The position numbers and the translations under genes are program-made. From NCBI GenBank assembly GCA_048013815.1, contig CM106586.1, positions 18,724,001 to 18,788,000 of the forward strand: a DNA stretch of 64,000 nt, read 5' to 3'. This DNA comes from Setoptus koraiensis (taxonomy: Eukaryota > Animalia > Arthropoda). Shown here in pieces: positions 26,762 through 40,094 of the stretch. The notes beneath the pieces were generated by a model. It did not search any database, was not told the origin of the DNA, and saw nothing but the letters and a program-made list of their open reading frames with translations. Positions within the stretch are counted from its first letter, which is position 1; every line of letters starts with the position of its first letter.

Positions 26762-29700
26762 ATGAACATCGAGAGCAGCAGCCAACGGCTTATCGCAAAC
26801 ACTAATTGGCCCATATACACACTGGCCGATTACAACAATGGCGGCAAGCTAATCAATCTGGCTAGACAGGTTTATTTGCCTGCTGGCCAGCAGTTGACGC
26901 AAGCGCCGCCGAGCAAGCAACGCCAACGCCGTGTCGCCGGCCCCAACCAACGGCCGGAAATTGGCAGTTTCGACGATGCGACAACCTGCGACAACCGCGC
27001 CGCCGGCCAATACGCCGACAACTGTCGCCCCAGCGGCAAGTTTCAGCAAGTTGTCAACAATATGTCAACAAGCGTCCATGAGGCCGCCATAACGACGCAA
27101 TGCGACGCAAAGAAAACGTCGCCCGATTGGGCCCCAATATACACAGCGGCAGCCTGTTTGCCGCAGCCGATCAGTGGCGCCACCAGCGGCGCGCCGGTTA
27201 AATCGCAACGGCCGAGCCAACTGAAGGCGCGCATCGGTCAGCTTCTCAAGTGAGTACCCCGTTCAAAATTCAAAATCGAATGACGCCACAAAAGATAATT
27301 CCAACTTCAAATTTCGAAGGGCTAATTCGAGCGAGCGCGAGACTCTCGCCACGAGAGGGCCAGAGAATAACGGACACAAAAGAGACGCACAATGCGAGAT
27401 ACAACTTTGCTTTTGGCGCGCTTTTCGGCTGGCAAACTTGACCAGCGGTCAAGGTTGTCGCAAGTGGCGCCAGTTGCAAGTGGCGCCAGTTGCAAGTGGC
27501 GCCAGTTGCGCAAAGTGCTACACAAATGGAAGTCAGACAAACTTGAAATATTCGCCTTGCCTGTCGGCGCGACTCGATGTGTCAGTTGCGCGATTCAAGT
27601 GACTGCCAGCCAGCCAGCCAGTGAAACAAGCCCAAAAACAGCCCAAAAGCCGGCGACAGTGCAAACTATTACGTAATTGGCGCGCCTAGCCAATGTCTGG
27701 CCCGGCGACGTCTGGCAATGGCGAGTGGCGAGCGGTGAGCGGTGAGACAATTGCCAGTGTGAGACGGCACTTGTGGCAATGATCATGATAAGTGTAAATT
27801 AGACATTAAATATTCATGAAATATTCATTCTGCACAGTTTTACATTAGCTCGAGAGCTAGTTTGGTCAAGCGCCGCTCGGCCACTTGCCGGCTACCTGTT
27901 GAGTTGTTGATGATCCAGTTAAACGGGCTGCGTGTGTGTAACACGAGTAGAGATTTTTGGCTAATTGTTGTTGTCTTGTGTGTTGTCAACGGAGCCGTAA
28001 TAGTTGCTGTTATGGCAAGTTGTTTGGACAAAGAGATTTGAATTTGCAGCGCCACTTGAATTAGCAGTCATTTTTTGTTTCGCCGCCGCCGCCAATAGCG
28101 ACTGATAACTGATACAATGGCACTTGTTGCCGTTGTTGTTTCGGGCCGGACCGGGCCGAACCGGGCCGGATCGGGCTGGATCGGGCTGGATCGGGCTGGA
28201 TTTGGGCCAGGTTTGGGCCAGGTTTGGGCTAGCCGAGCGAGACAGAGCGAGCGAGCGACAGAGCGACAGCGACAGAGAGCGACAGAGAGCGACAGAGAGC
28301 AAGAAAGAGCGAGAAAGAGCGAAATTGTAATTAGTATCAAGTTATTAGTGGCATGAATCATGATCACTCATGAGCGCGCATTCATGATTCACGAACATGA
28401 CATGGTTAGCCGTGATTATTGTCATTATTACCGTTATTATTATTTGTAACCGTTATAGCAGCAAGTGGGCATTGTAGAGACACAACTAGCACACGAGCTG
28501 ATAGGTGTCGATATGAGTTTGTTGACTGTTGAATTTGTTGGTTTTGTCGATTGGGACGAGCAGCCAACAGAGCGAGCCCACAAACGCGAGCCCACAAAAG
28601 CGAGCCAGCTCACCTGTGCTGAGCCCACTGTCCTCACCTGTCCTTGATGCGCCCAACTTGGCGCAACAGTGTCGAGTTTATCTCACTCAAAGGCTCGACA
28701 CAATCGGACAGCTCGAGCCAAATCGCTTGAGTCGGTGAGCCGCCAGAGCTCGCTGCGGGCAGGCCACTGTTGTTGATAATTATTGGTATTGGCAGCCGAT
28801 CGCTTGCGATTGTTTGCTGGCGCTGTCGTCGCGGTTGCTGTTATTGTTGTTGCTGTTGTTGCGGTTGTTTGTATTAATAATAGCAGTTTTGAGTAGTTAC
28901 ACCAACTAACTAACTAGTGCTAACTGTTGAAAAAAAGCCAGCTCACAATTCACTCCGCAGCCAGCAGCCAGCAGCCAGCAAACGTCAGAAGCCGAAAGCT
29001 TTTGGGGGCCGGAACAGCCTTGAATTGGATCTGTCCATCCCATGCAACTGGTCGGCCGAAAGACAATGCGCACGAGACGACCGCAAACAGCAACAACAAC
29101 AACAACAACAACATCACACAAACAACACGCACACTCTGTTGGAATATGCACACACAAACAGTCATCACTAACGGTCTAGCCAGAAATATCTATTTCTGGC
29201 TAGACCGTTTGTGCTCGTTGCTTGTTGCGTGCCCGCCATCGCATAACAATCAATTCTGAGATTGTCCGTATCCACGGACAACGGCAACGGCTCTCGGCGA
29301 CAACGGCAACAGGTTGCTCTGGTTGTCGCGAGCCGCGTTGTTGTGTTGTTTTGTTGCACAACAGTCTGATGGCAACAACAACAGCATAAACAACAACGGC
29401 AACAACAGCAACACAAAAAACAACAACAACAATCTCGCTCTCCTTGGCGCCGGACAGGCAATCTGTTCCCCTGCCGGTGTCACAATAACACTGCTACTGG
29501 CTAATTAGCAATCGCTAATCCACTAATTAACTGTTACACTTGCTGTTATACTTTTCGCTGCTGTCACGCGCACAAGTCCCTATTTCGAGCTCAATTTGAA
29601 CAACAACAGCAACAACAATGGCCAGCACGACTATGGCCATGATGACAGAGGGGCGACACCTAGGGGCAAACTATCGCGAGCCACTCTAAATAGAATGGCC

Positions 29701-32700
29701 AAACGACAGGCCAGCGGCACCAACTGCCACTCGCCTCCGACAAGCAACGACAACAACTCTGGCGAGCCGCTCAAAATAGCCGCCAAATGGAGAGATGGGG
29801 CCAAATTCAGGGGACAATATGGCGAAACTCTGGCCCACATACTAATAATAAACAATACAATAGTTCACACTAATCTGCTATTAGAGCATTTGTTTGTCGA
29901 CTATCCGAATGTTGTTGACGACATCATGACAGGCGAACATTTCTACGGGGTCACCTGTCTCCATTTGGCCATTGCCTATTCAAACAGGCGCCTCATTGAC
30001 GCAATACTCCAAATGGGCACCAATAGAATCAATCAGCGAGCCACAGGAACATTCTTTTTGTCTAGCGGACACACGATGAGCGACAACGATGATCTTGTGC
30101 TGGCAGCGAATACCGTCCACAAGGGGGCACTGGCACAACCGGAAGTGCAGGACAACATGCTCACAGACAGCTCATCTGGGGGCCGCGGCGAACAGAGAAC
30201 AGGGGGCGCTGCAAGGCGATCGGCCAGGCCGGATATGAACGAGACGACACATTACTATGGCGAGTATCCGTTGGCATGGTGCGTCTGCTTTGACGACAAG
30301 GTGACCTATCAGCGACTGTTGCAGTTCGACGCCGACCCCAACTTGCACGACGGCGCCTACGGAAACACGTGCTTGCATCTGATCGTTCTGAAGAACCGAC
30401 ACGTAAGTTTTCCGGGCACACTTCCGGTACTGAATGCTCACCTTTCCCCCACACTAACATCGACTTTGTTTTCAACTTTGGTGTCCACGCAAACAACGCG
30501 AAAATGCCCGAAAATGCGCGAAATGGCCGAAATGGCCGGAATTTCCGAAATTTTCGAAATTGCCGAAACTCTCGAAATTTCTGAAATTTCCGAAATGGCC
30601 GAAATTCCCGAAATGGACGACAAACCCCGAAAATCGCCGCCGATCGCCGGAAATCGCCTACATGTTGAACGCGAAAATTGTGTGAAAATCGCGCCAATCA
30701 GAACTGGTGCAATTTCGCGGTCAAGAACTGCCCAGAGCGGCCGGCCAACATCTACGGCACCAACGGGGGCGGCCTGACGCCATTTCAGCTGGCCTGCTCG
30801 CTGGGCAACACTGGCCTGTTCGAAGAATTGATACAGCTGTTGTCGGTGGAATTTTGGACCTATTCGTCTATTACGTGTTGCGCCTATCCGCTCGATTCCA
30901 TAGATTCGCTGATGATGCGAAACGACTGCCGACAGGCGTCGGCGCTGCAAATAATATTGCAATCTCGCCAATCAAACCAGGAACAAAAGGCACAACTGTT
31001 GTGCAGCGAAGTCATGCGAAAATTGCTCGAAGAAAAATGGAATGTGTTCGCGAGGCGCCAATTTATGTGGCGAATCGCATTTATCATGACCTATTTAAGT
31101 TGCATGAGCGTGGCCATTTATCTGAGGCGACACCATGTTGATGAGCGCGACGACCCGGTCACGACGACGGCCGGCCCAAGGGCCGGCGCCCATCACTCGG
31201 TGATTATGCGATTATATAATAATCACATCTATATCTGAATGCTACATACGTGTGTTACGTAACAACCACTCGTTACGTATGATAACGGTATGACGATGGT
31301 ATGATAAACATCACTTACACATGCACTCGCACACTCTCGCCGCTCTCTCCATGCCAATAAATCATCTAGACACAGGTAAGGTACTTGCTGGAGGCTCTGG
31401 CGCTGGTCATGTCCTGTGCGCAGTTAATTAGGTTCTTGCGCGAAGCCACAAGCCACAATGATCTAATTAGCCACTTGGTAAGTGATTATTCGCGCGCACA
31501 CTATTTATGTTTATTAAAACGCACGCATTAAACACTCAATTTTGCAAATTTTGCTACTCGAGTCGAGTCGACGAGCCGCGCTTTTTATTTTATTTTATTT
31601 TATATTTTTCATTAATTTGTAATTTATTGCACGCACGCCATAACGACACCAAACAATTGGCGTGCCAATTATTTGCATCGCATTATTTGCGAAAAGATTA
31701 TTTTTTCTAAATTGTTTCCATGAATGAGCAGGCCATTTTGAGAAGTGTGTCTGGCCGGCGGGAGCGCGGCCACAATCTGGCGCCAGTCACCAGATTGGCC
31801 AGAGAGAGAGAGAGAGAGTTTAATCAAGCCGAGCGATCGGCCGAATCTCGTCACTGCAAAGCGATAAAGTTTTCTAAAGTTAGCCAGCGACAGAGAGATA
31901 ATCAAAAAATGATTCAATGGCCGGCGGAAGCGACGTCGTTTTGATTTAGTGTTACTGGCGGCAAGCGACGGCTGGTGATGATGGCCAGCAGTTAATTAGC
32001 CGGCCACATCCATCCATGGCAAGGTGAGCAGTGCAAAGGCAAGGCGAAGAGAGAGAGAGGGCAAAGAGAAAGCGAGCAATCAGGAGAAAGTGCTGGCGGA
32101 TTAATTAATTTTCGTGCCGGCCGCCTGTTCAAATGGGCGCAATTTGCGCGCAACTGGCGGCCAATTGAATTGAAAATTGAAGCCGCTGCCAAAAAGACAA
32201 TCACATCACAATGTGTGTGCCGTTAGTGGCGACCCTGAATGGATGATCTTGAAAAAAGTATCTCTCTGTGCAACAGAGTGTTGTTGTCGGTGTAGCCGGG
32301 CAGCAATTATGTAACATACACTCTTGTCAAACTGAGACCAATGAGAAATTAATTGTTGCCGTTCATTGATGATTTGGCGTCGGCTGCATAGTTTGTTGAC
32401 CCTATCTATCAAGAGCTGAACGGGATGAAAGGCTCGCGTGGTTGTTGTTGCTGCTGTTGTTGTTGCCGTCGCTGTTGCTGCTGCTGTTGTTGTTGTCGCT
32501 GTTGCCGTTGTGATACAGCGGTTGTATCAATCAAGTAGCTGTTTGCTTTTCAGCTTGCCCACTAAAGACCCAGTGACTGAGCTGTTGTTTAACTGAATTA
32601 ACTGCTGTTTTGTTGCCAGCAACTCGCCACTTGTTTGTGTCCAAACTGGCCGGCCAATGCCAGCTATTTGCTTTATTTCGCCTTATTTCGCTTCAATTTG

Positions 32701-35249
32701 CTTTATGGCCGCTGCCGCTGCAGCCAACTATGACCAATCAATCAAACGTTTTGTTTTCCATCTATTGCGCCATCAATCATGCGTGTGGCCGCTTGTCTAG
32801 CCACCGGTTTGTAGCCAGCGTGTTTGCACTTGATTCGGCCAATTGGAGATTGAGTTTGCGATCGCTGGCGATCAAACGCGATCGTAATTGAAGTTGAAGT
32901 TGAAGTTGGAGCCGAAATCGAAATTAAAATTAAAATTGAGAGAATTAAAATTAAAATTAAAATCAAAGTCAAAATTTAAAATCAAAATCTAAATAAGTAT
33001 TGGCAAGTGGCCAGTCCCAATCAACACTGTTGTCGGCGCTAGTATCGCGCCTATCAAACAACAAACAAATAATCAATAAAATGCAACCCAATCACTGGCC
33101 AGCAGCCATTGAGTTACTCAATTTTAGTAGCAGCCATTTTGTTAGTGAGCCATCAGCTAACAACAAGCGCTGCATTAGTTTGCACCAGGGCCAAACCAAT
33201 TGGCCGATAAGCCAAATGGGCAATCAACACCAATTGTTCATTATCGGCTCTTATGTGTGCGACACAACAATTGATTAGTTAACAATTAATTAATTAATAT
33301 TCTAGCTGCAATGATAAAAACAGCTCGCAATTGGACTGTCTGTGCGACTCACAACTTGCGATAACTGCCCATGATTGCGACTCTCTCGTCGCAAACACCA
33401 GCGAGTTGGATCATCAGCCCGCTTCCATTTGCTTCCATTTGGCTCTAGTCGCTTGTACCGTAACTCTTGCTGGGCGCTCGGTCAGCCCGAGGTGCTAATC
33501 GAGCAAAATATCATTATTATATTATCATGGCAAGCTCGTGATTGGCGTTAAATTTGAGCGTCACCGTCAACTCAAATTTAGCCAACAAAACTCACGACAT
33601 TCACTCATCTGATCGTCTATTTATCTGTGCGCATTGGCCAACTAACACGATCATTCATTTCAATGTCTTCCCACTGTCCGTGTTTGTTGGCCGGCGCCCA
33701 CTCTTTGCTCGCTGTACCCGCCATAAAACGATAAAATGATAAAATGGTAACATAATGAAATGATAAAATCAAATCAAATCATCCGGCCTCAATCGATGCG
33801 GGCCAGGGTGACAACGTGTCCGAGGCGGCCTTTGTTCTGGCCAACATCATGATCGTTTTGAGCGGTCTAGCCAGGAGTCTGTCGGGCACTATCGGCACGC
33901 CAGCCAGCCGCACAATAGAGGAGATGTTAATCGCGCTGGCTCAGCCGCTCGCCTGGAACCATTTGCTTTTCTTCGCCTCGTTAGTATAACAAACAAACAA
34001 ACAAACAAACAAACAACTGGAACGGATATTACGATTAATTGGCACATTGGCCAGCCATCAATCAATCCGCTGAGCTCAGCTGATCGCACTAACCAACTAC
34101 TGGCCTACTGGCGCCCCTATTTCGCTTTGTGCCCATTCTGCTCACTTCCGTTTGACAACACAATGACTTGTAGGGCATTCAAATTAACGGGACCTTTCGT
34201 GGCCATGATCCGTTACATGGTGGTGCGCGACGTGCGCCAATTCAGCATCATATACATTGTGTTCGTGTACGGCTTCTCCCAATGTAAGTTGGCCCCAGCT
34301 AGCAACTTGGCAGTTTGCGACAGCTCAAGTTTGAGGCCGAAAAACTATCCAGTTCCATTGAGCCTTGGAGCACAGCAAAAAGTGACCCAATCGTTGTCGT
34401 TTGCCTGCCCCATCAGCGCTCTTCTATTTGACCAGGAATTCCGACAACCGACAACCGGAAGAGCGTCGCTTCTCCATGGATCGCTACCTGGCCTCGTGGA
34501 TGGAGCTCATAAAGATGACGCTGGGCGTGCACGAGGTGAGTCACCCTTAATCAACATCCACATATCCACCTATAATATCCACATGTGCACGCATAATATC
34601 CACATATGCACGCATAATATCCACATGGCATGCGAATTCCGCCGGCCAAATATCCATCTCACAACACTGCTATAAACACTGATAAAAACACTGATAAAAA
34701 CACTGATAAAAATAAATCTGTATAAATCTGGCCTGGCGCTGCTGTTGTGTGCAACCGCAACTTCCTCCTTCGAAACAACAACACATCGCCTTGAATTGGA
34801 AACGAATGCGAAAACGCACAATTGCCAACAAAAACACGCCGTGGCCTTCTAATCGCGCCCGAACACCAATCTGACAAATGAATATATCTGGCATCGGAGA
34901 GATAATCTGCGCTTGATCTGCATCGATTTTTTGATATCGCGTCCAACAAACAAACAAACAACTTACACACAACAACACACTTATTACCCCGCCACAATAG
35001 CTGGATCAATTTCGTTTATCCTATCTGAGCCAATTGTTGTTTGTATTGTTCATGATACTTATACCGATACTGCTGCTTAACATGTAAGTTTATCACTGCA
35101 CCACTCAATTCAAACTTGAGCTCAAACTTTTTAATTTTTTCTTTTATCTCTCCAGCTTCATCGCCGGCCGACCGACTGGCTCGGCCAGATGGGCTGTCTG
35201 CGTTTCTGTGGGTCGGACGGTGTGATATTTGCCTGGCTGAGTCATGAAA

Positions 35250-35280
<31 letters not shown>

Positions 35281-38200
35281 AAATCGCATTCAACGCAGCC
35301 AGCCGAAAATCCGACAATCTGACATAATGATGTTGATTCAAACTGACGTTATGGAAACTCCATGACACGAGCGCTCCGTCTCGCCGTCCTTTAGTCCCCA
35401 GTGGAGAGCTCGAGTCGCTCGAGAACTGGAACGGGACAGATAAGAATGAATGAATTCAACACGGATTTCTCTTTTCAGCTATCGAACGGCTATCTACATA
35501 AATAGCTATTATTGATATGTTGTTCTTCGGTTGTTGTTTGGTTGTTGTTGCTGCTGCTGCCGCTGATTGTGAAAATGTTAGTTAACTAAACTGAGCGGCA
35601 ACCGAAGCCAGACAGTAAGGAGCTAACTTTAGATACTACCTGTCGTGTATGATTATGATTATTATTAGCTCAAATGATAGCAGCGGCGGTGCGGCTTACA
35701 AATGCTGGCTAATGCTCTCTCTCTCTCGCACAATTGGAGTTGAGAATTCGAGATTAAGAAAGACTAAAAACAAATCTCAATAGCGAGAGGCACGGTCAAA
35801 ATTAGCTCACGTCGGGTAGTGACTAATATCAGCGACGACGACGACGACGACGAGCAAAAACGCAAAAATAAATTTGTTTTTGTGTGTGTTATAATTATTT
35901 CTGGTTGGGCACACAGAGGGCACCATTCTGTAAAACGATCTCTCCTTTTATCTCATTTGCGAGCTAGCAATTGGTTTGATAAAATGAAGCTCATGAATAC
36001 TATTCATTGGCTTCAGTGCGTTGTCGTATCGACTTTCGGCAGCAAACTCTTTCAGCAGTCGCTAGTTACGTAAACAACAGCAACAATTATGATAATTCCC
36101 TGTGAGCACACAAACAACAAACATTGGGCCATCTAATTGGAGCGTGCACTGATTATTATATTAATAGATTGCCGGTCAACTTTCAGCGCTCGTTGCGAGT
36201 TGTCGAAGAGGGCCGACTGCTGAAGGTCGCGCCGATCGCCACATCGGACAGCTTCAATGACAACCTTGATATTGATGGTGACTGACACTAATGCTGTGCT
36301 GTATTCACAAAGGGCCCAAATGGGCGCGCTCGGCTTGCCGGCCACTCGAATGGAAATGTCTCGAAATATCGCTTGATATCTCTTGATATCTCGACTTAAT
36401 ATCGAGTGTGATATTGTGAAAATGTCAGATTTGGGGCCATCTCTGGACGGATTAGCGACTGGATTTGAGAGCAGCGACAGACGAGCATTGTTCGGGTGTC
36501 GCGTTTGCGCGAAAGGGGCAACCGCATGCAACGCGATATCTGATACAGCCCACATTTGAGCCACTTGCAGCGGCTGATTGTGTCGGCAGCGGCAACAAAT
36601 TAATTAGAGCGCTCGCATCGCCGGGGGCCAATCGCCAATCGGTGTGTCGGGCGATCGCTCTCACTGGGCTGGCTCACTCAAAACGCTGGCACTGTCGGCG
36701 CAACGAGCGGCGTCATGCCGTTAATTGAAATAACAACTTTATTGAAACAAAAACACACAACAAAACTAATTGAGGGCCAGCGCGAGAACAGCGCGAAGGC
36801 TAATCCCTTCATTGGGCAACCTATTGGCACTTGTTGGATGGCGCGCACTTGTAACAAGTGCGCGCGATAAGTGTGCTGCTAATCAATGAAAATGCCTATC
36901 ACAATGCTTAATCACCTGATTAATTAGCGATAGCAGCGACAATTACAAGATTAGCGCCACGCAGGGCGTTTGCTTGTTGCGTAATGCGTCCAATTACAGT
37001 GGCCAACAGTGTTGCGCGCTGACCTACTGGCGGGCCATTAATCAAGCCGCCCAATGAGCCGCCCAATGAGCCGGCCGGTGAGACGGCCAACGAGACGGCG
37101 CACATCGCGATAATCGAACGAGACACGGGATAGATTGAGAGCCAATTGATTAGGGTCTCAATCAATTATAGACACAAGCGTCAATTGAGAGCGATGTGAT
37201 TTATATGTTGCACGCTGATCATCACTCGCTCAATGTTGGCAATTTGTGCCAGTGCACTTGACTGGCGTCGTTGTTGGCGTCGTTGTTGGCGTTGTTGTTG
37301 TTGCCGCTGTTGGCCAGACAACAAAACAAACAAACAAAACGTGATCGCTGATCATATTTTTGCATAACTGCGCTCAATGCTGTTTTTGGCAGCGCCAGCC
37401 AGTTCAACAACGATAGTCCCAATGTAATGAGTGTACTAATTAGATAAACACAACTGGCACGATTACATGCATAAACAGGCCGATGTTAATGAATTTTAAC
37501 GGAATTAATTAGATAGGATCAATGGATAGATTGCATCGCATGTGCTGTTCGGACCAGAAGGGGGCCACGATCATTAGCCACTTACAGTTGCGCTTGTTAG
37601 AGGCTTGTTGTATTAAGTCTGGCTAATTGAATAGCCGGATTCATGCTTGCGATTGCGCATTTGGTCGGGTGCCTGTGATCACTGGCTAGCCCCATTTGGC
37701 TCCGTTCGGCTGGCTCCGTTCGGCTGGCTCCATTTAGCCGGATCGAGCCAGCCCAAGCGAGCCAGCCCAAGCGAGCCGGCCCAAGCGAGCCGGCTGAATC
37801 GACGGCAAGCGAGCGGCGAGCGGTACCGGCCGAGTGGACAACATGGAGCTCAGGGTATTCATTGGTGCTATCAGTTTGTCAGCTTACACATGTACAAATA
37901 CAAATATAAATCGAAATATCCACCTAAATGCATGTTATTTGTGTGTGTGTGTGTCCGCAAATAGAAACGGCGCCTTGTCGGGCTCATTGTAATAATTGTT
38001 GAAACAGCAACAAGTGAGCGATGGTATGCGAGCGATAAACCCAAAACCAGTTACGGGCTTGATCTGGAAAATCATCGTTTCATGGTCATCGTCGTCAGCG
38101 CAACAGCAGCAGCTCGTATGATTGATTGCAACAACAATAATAGAAATGAGTGAATATCCGTGCATTGGCGTCATGTCAAACCAAGCGAAATCAAATCGGA

Positions 38201-40094
38201 TTTGCGCTTCACATTACACACTCTCAAGCGCACTCTTAAATCATTTGCGTTTAATGTAATGCGAAGCGAGCTCTTGGCGAGCTCTTAGCGAGCGAGCCAA
38301 TTGACTCAATTGAATTGAATAATGAAAACTAAGGCGCAAACTCGAGCAGCGCCGACACGCCGAGCTACAACGGCTACAACGGCGCTAAGACGGCGCCAAA
38401 CAAAAACAATTTCTAAACATCACCGATCAAACTGGTAAGTGCCTGTGACTAGCATTTGATTTTGACACAACTCGCGTGATACGACTTGTATCACACGGCC
38501 GCTCGTTGCGTTCGCGCCAACTATCGCAGCAGCAACAACAGCGACAACAACAGCAACAGCCGTATCACAGCGACGTATCATTAGAGCGAGAGTCATTTGC
38601 GGTCGCAACACGCCAACAGCGACTATAAATAAAACGCTCTCCAAATATCCGAATATCTCGCCAGTATCTCGCCAGTATCTCGCCCGTATCTCGCCAATAT
38701 CTCGCCTAATATCGCGCCGAATGTCTCGCATCGGCAATGACACGCCGCTGGATGGGCTGCAAGTCGCTGGCAAGCTCGCCGGCCGGCCGACCGCCTGGCT
38801 GGCTTGCCAAAAATCGAGCGGCTGGCTTGCCGAAATCGAGCGGCTGGCTTGTGCCAAAATCAACCGGCTGGCGGAATGAGCGACTCGAGAAACAATCGAT
38901 CAAATTGAAACAATCAATCATCACCTGTGCATGAGTGTGTGTGTGTGTGTGTGAATTCAAATTAGTGTTGATAATGGTATTGTTTACATCTCTGGCAATT
39001 AATCTATTAATGGAAATGAGGCTATTGAAAGATCGGCGCCTGTTGAAAAATCGGCGCTCGCGAAAAAAGCGGCGCTCGCGAAAAAATCGGCGCTTGCAAA
39101 AAATCGGCGCCTGTTGAAAAATCGGAGGCGAGCGACGGAGCAACTTTTTACGCTTGAGCTAACTCATTGGATGGCCGTTAATCGCTTCATCGTTCAGGGT
39201 CTCGCTCTTTTTATTTATTATTTATTATTGTGTGTTTATATCACCGGCGCCGGCGCGGCCGGCTGATATAAACACTTATAAACAGCTTGTCGATGATGCT
39301 TAACGCAAATGACCAATGATTGCATTTATTTTGCATTTTGCTAATCTAATGCCACTAATGGCGATACTAATAGGCTCATTGCCATGATGAACAACACCTA
39401 CAGTCTGATTATATCGCAATCGGAACGCGAATGGACATTGCAATGGGCAAAGACACTGCTAACATTGGAAAGAAGTTTGACCAACAAAGAGAAAAAACAC
39501 TATTTGAGCAAGTACTCAATCAATATCGCATCGCCGTTGCCCAATCAGCAGCCCAACACCGAAGCTGACCGTAATAGCGCTAATAATACTAATCGCAATA
39601 ACACCAATCGCACTAATACTAATCGTAGTAATACCAATCGCAATAATACTGATCGTAGTAATACTAATCGTAGTAATACCAATCGTAATAATACTAATGA
39701 GGGCGCCAACACCCAACAAAAGCAGACTGCTCAAACTGGCTGGTCGTCTACTGACAATGACGCGTCTGGCGATGGCGATAACAACAACAGCGACGTAATA
39801 GCGCCAACCGTAAATGCAATTGGCCCATCAACGGTCACTGATGACGTAATTGGTGGCCGGCAAACGGCACCAATTGCACTTGAAACAACGACAACGACAA
39901 CAACAACAACAGCGACCGACAAACAACAAGCGGCCATTGTTGTGGTAGAAATGGACACTGCAAGCGCTACAAAAACAGATACAAAAGACGCTGCTGCTGG
40001 CGCTGCCGGTGCCACCGTGCCGGCCATTCTCATTATCAAGCGAATGGACATAACTAAGGCGAAAAAGCGACAGCAAGCTATCGACAATTGGCAC
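26762..40094 (+). CDS. iav: TRPV cation channel, Inactive/OSM-9-like (ankyrin repeats + 6 TM); at least 9 exons, 3' end unresolved
   Basis: Phase-consistent GT-AG exons: 26762-27249, 29577-30402, 30702-31199, 31370-31477, 33807-33979, 34174-34283, 34417-34535, 35001-35083 and 39374-40094. Motifs: IYTLADYNNGGKLI (Iav-type N-terminus), GETLAHILI, GVTCLHLAIAY, YYGEYPLA, GNTCLHL, GLTPFQLA, EFWTYSSITCCAYPL (Iav/OSM-9 type rather than Nanchung), LTGPFVAMI, LLLNMLIAMMNNTY and TRP-box region SEREWTLQWAK. The true start codon and terminal exon are uncertain. Confidence 0.88.
39582..39698 (+). repeat. Coding 15-bp tandem repeat (NTNR[N/S/T] pentapeptide, ~7-8 units) in the iav C-terminus
   Basis: Translates to NNTNRNNTNRTNTNRSNTNRNNTDRSNTNRSNTNRNNTN within exon 9. 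Confidence 0.85.

Noticed and set aside
29596-30777. 393-aa ORF as a stand-alone ankyrin protein
   Set aside because: It is iav exon 2 plus read-through of intron 2; a canonical gtaagt donor at 30403 and the downstream TM exons complete a TRPV channel.
36300-36440. Loose inverted motifs (gggcccaaat / atttggggcc) as another MITE
   Set aside because: Matches are under 10 bp, not properly nested, and lack a target-site duplication.
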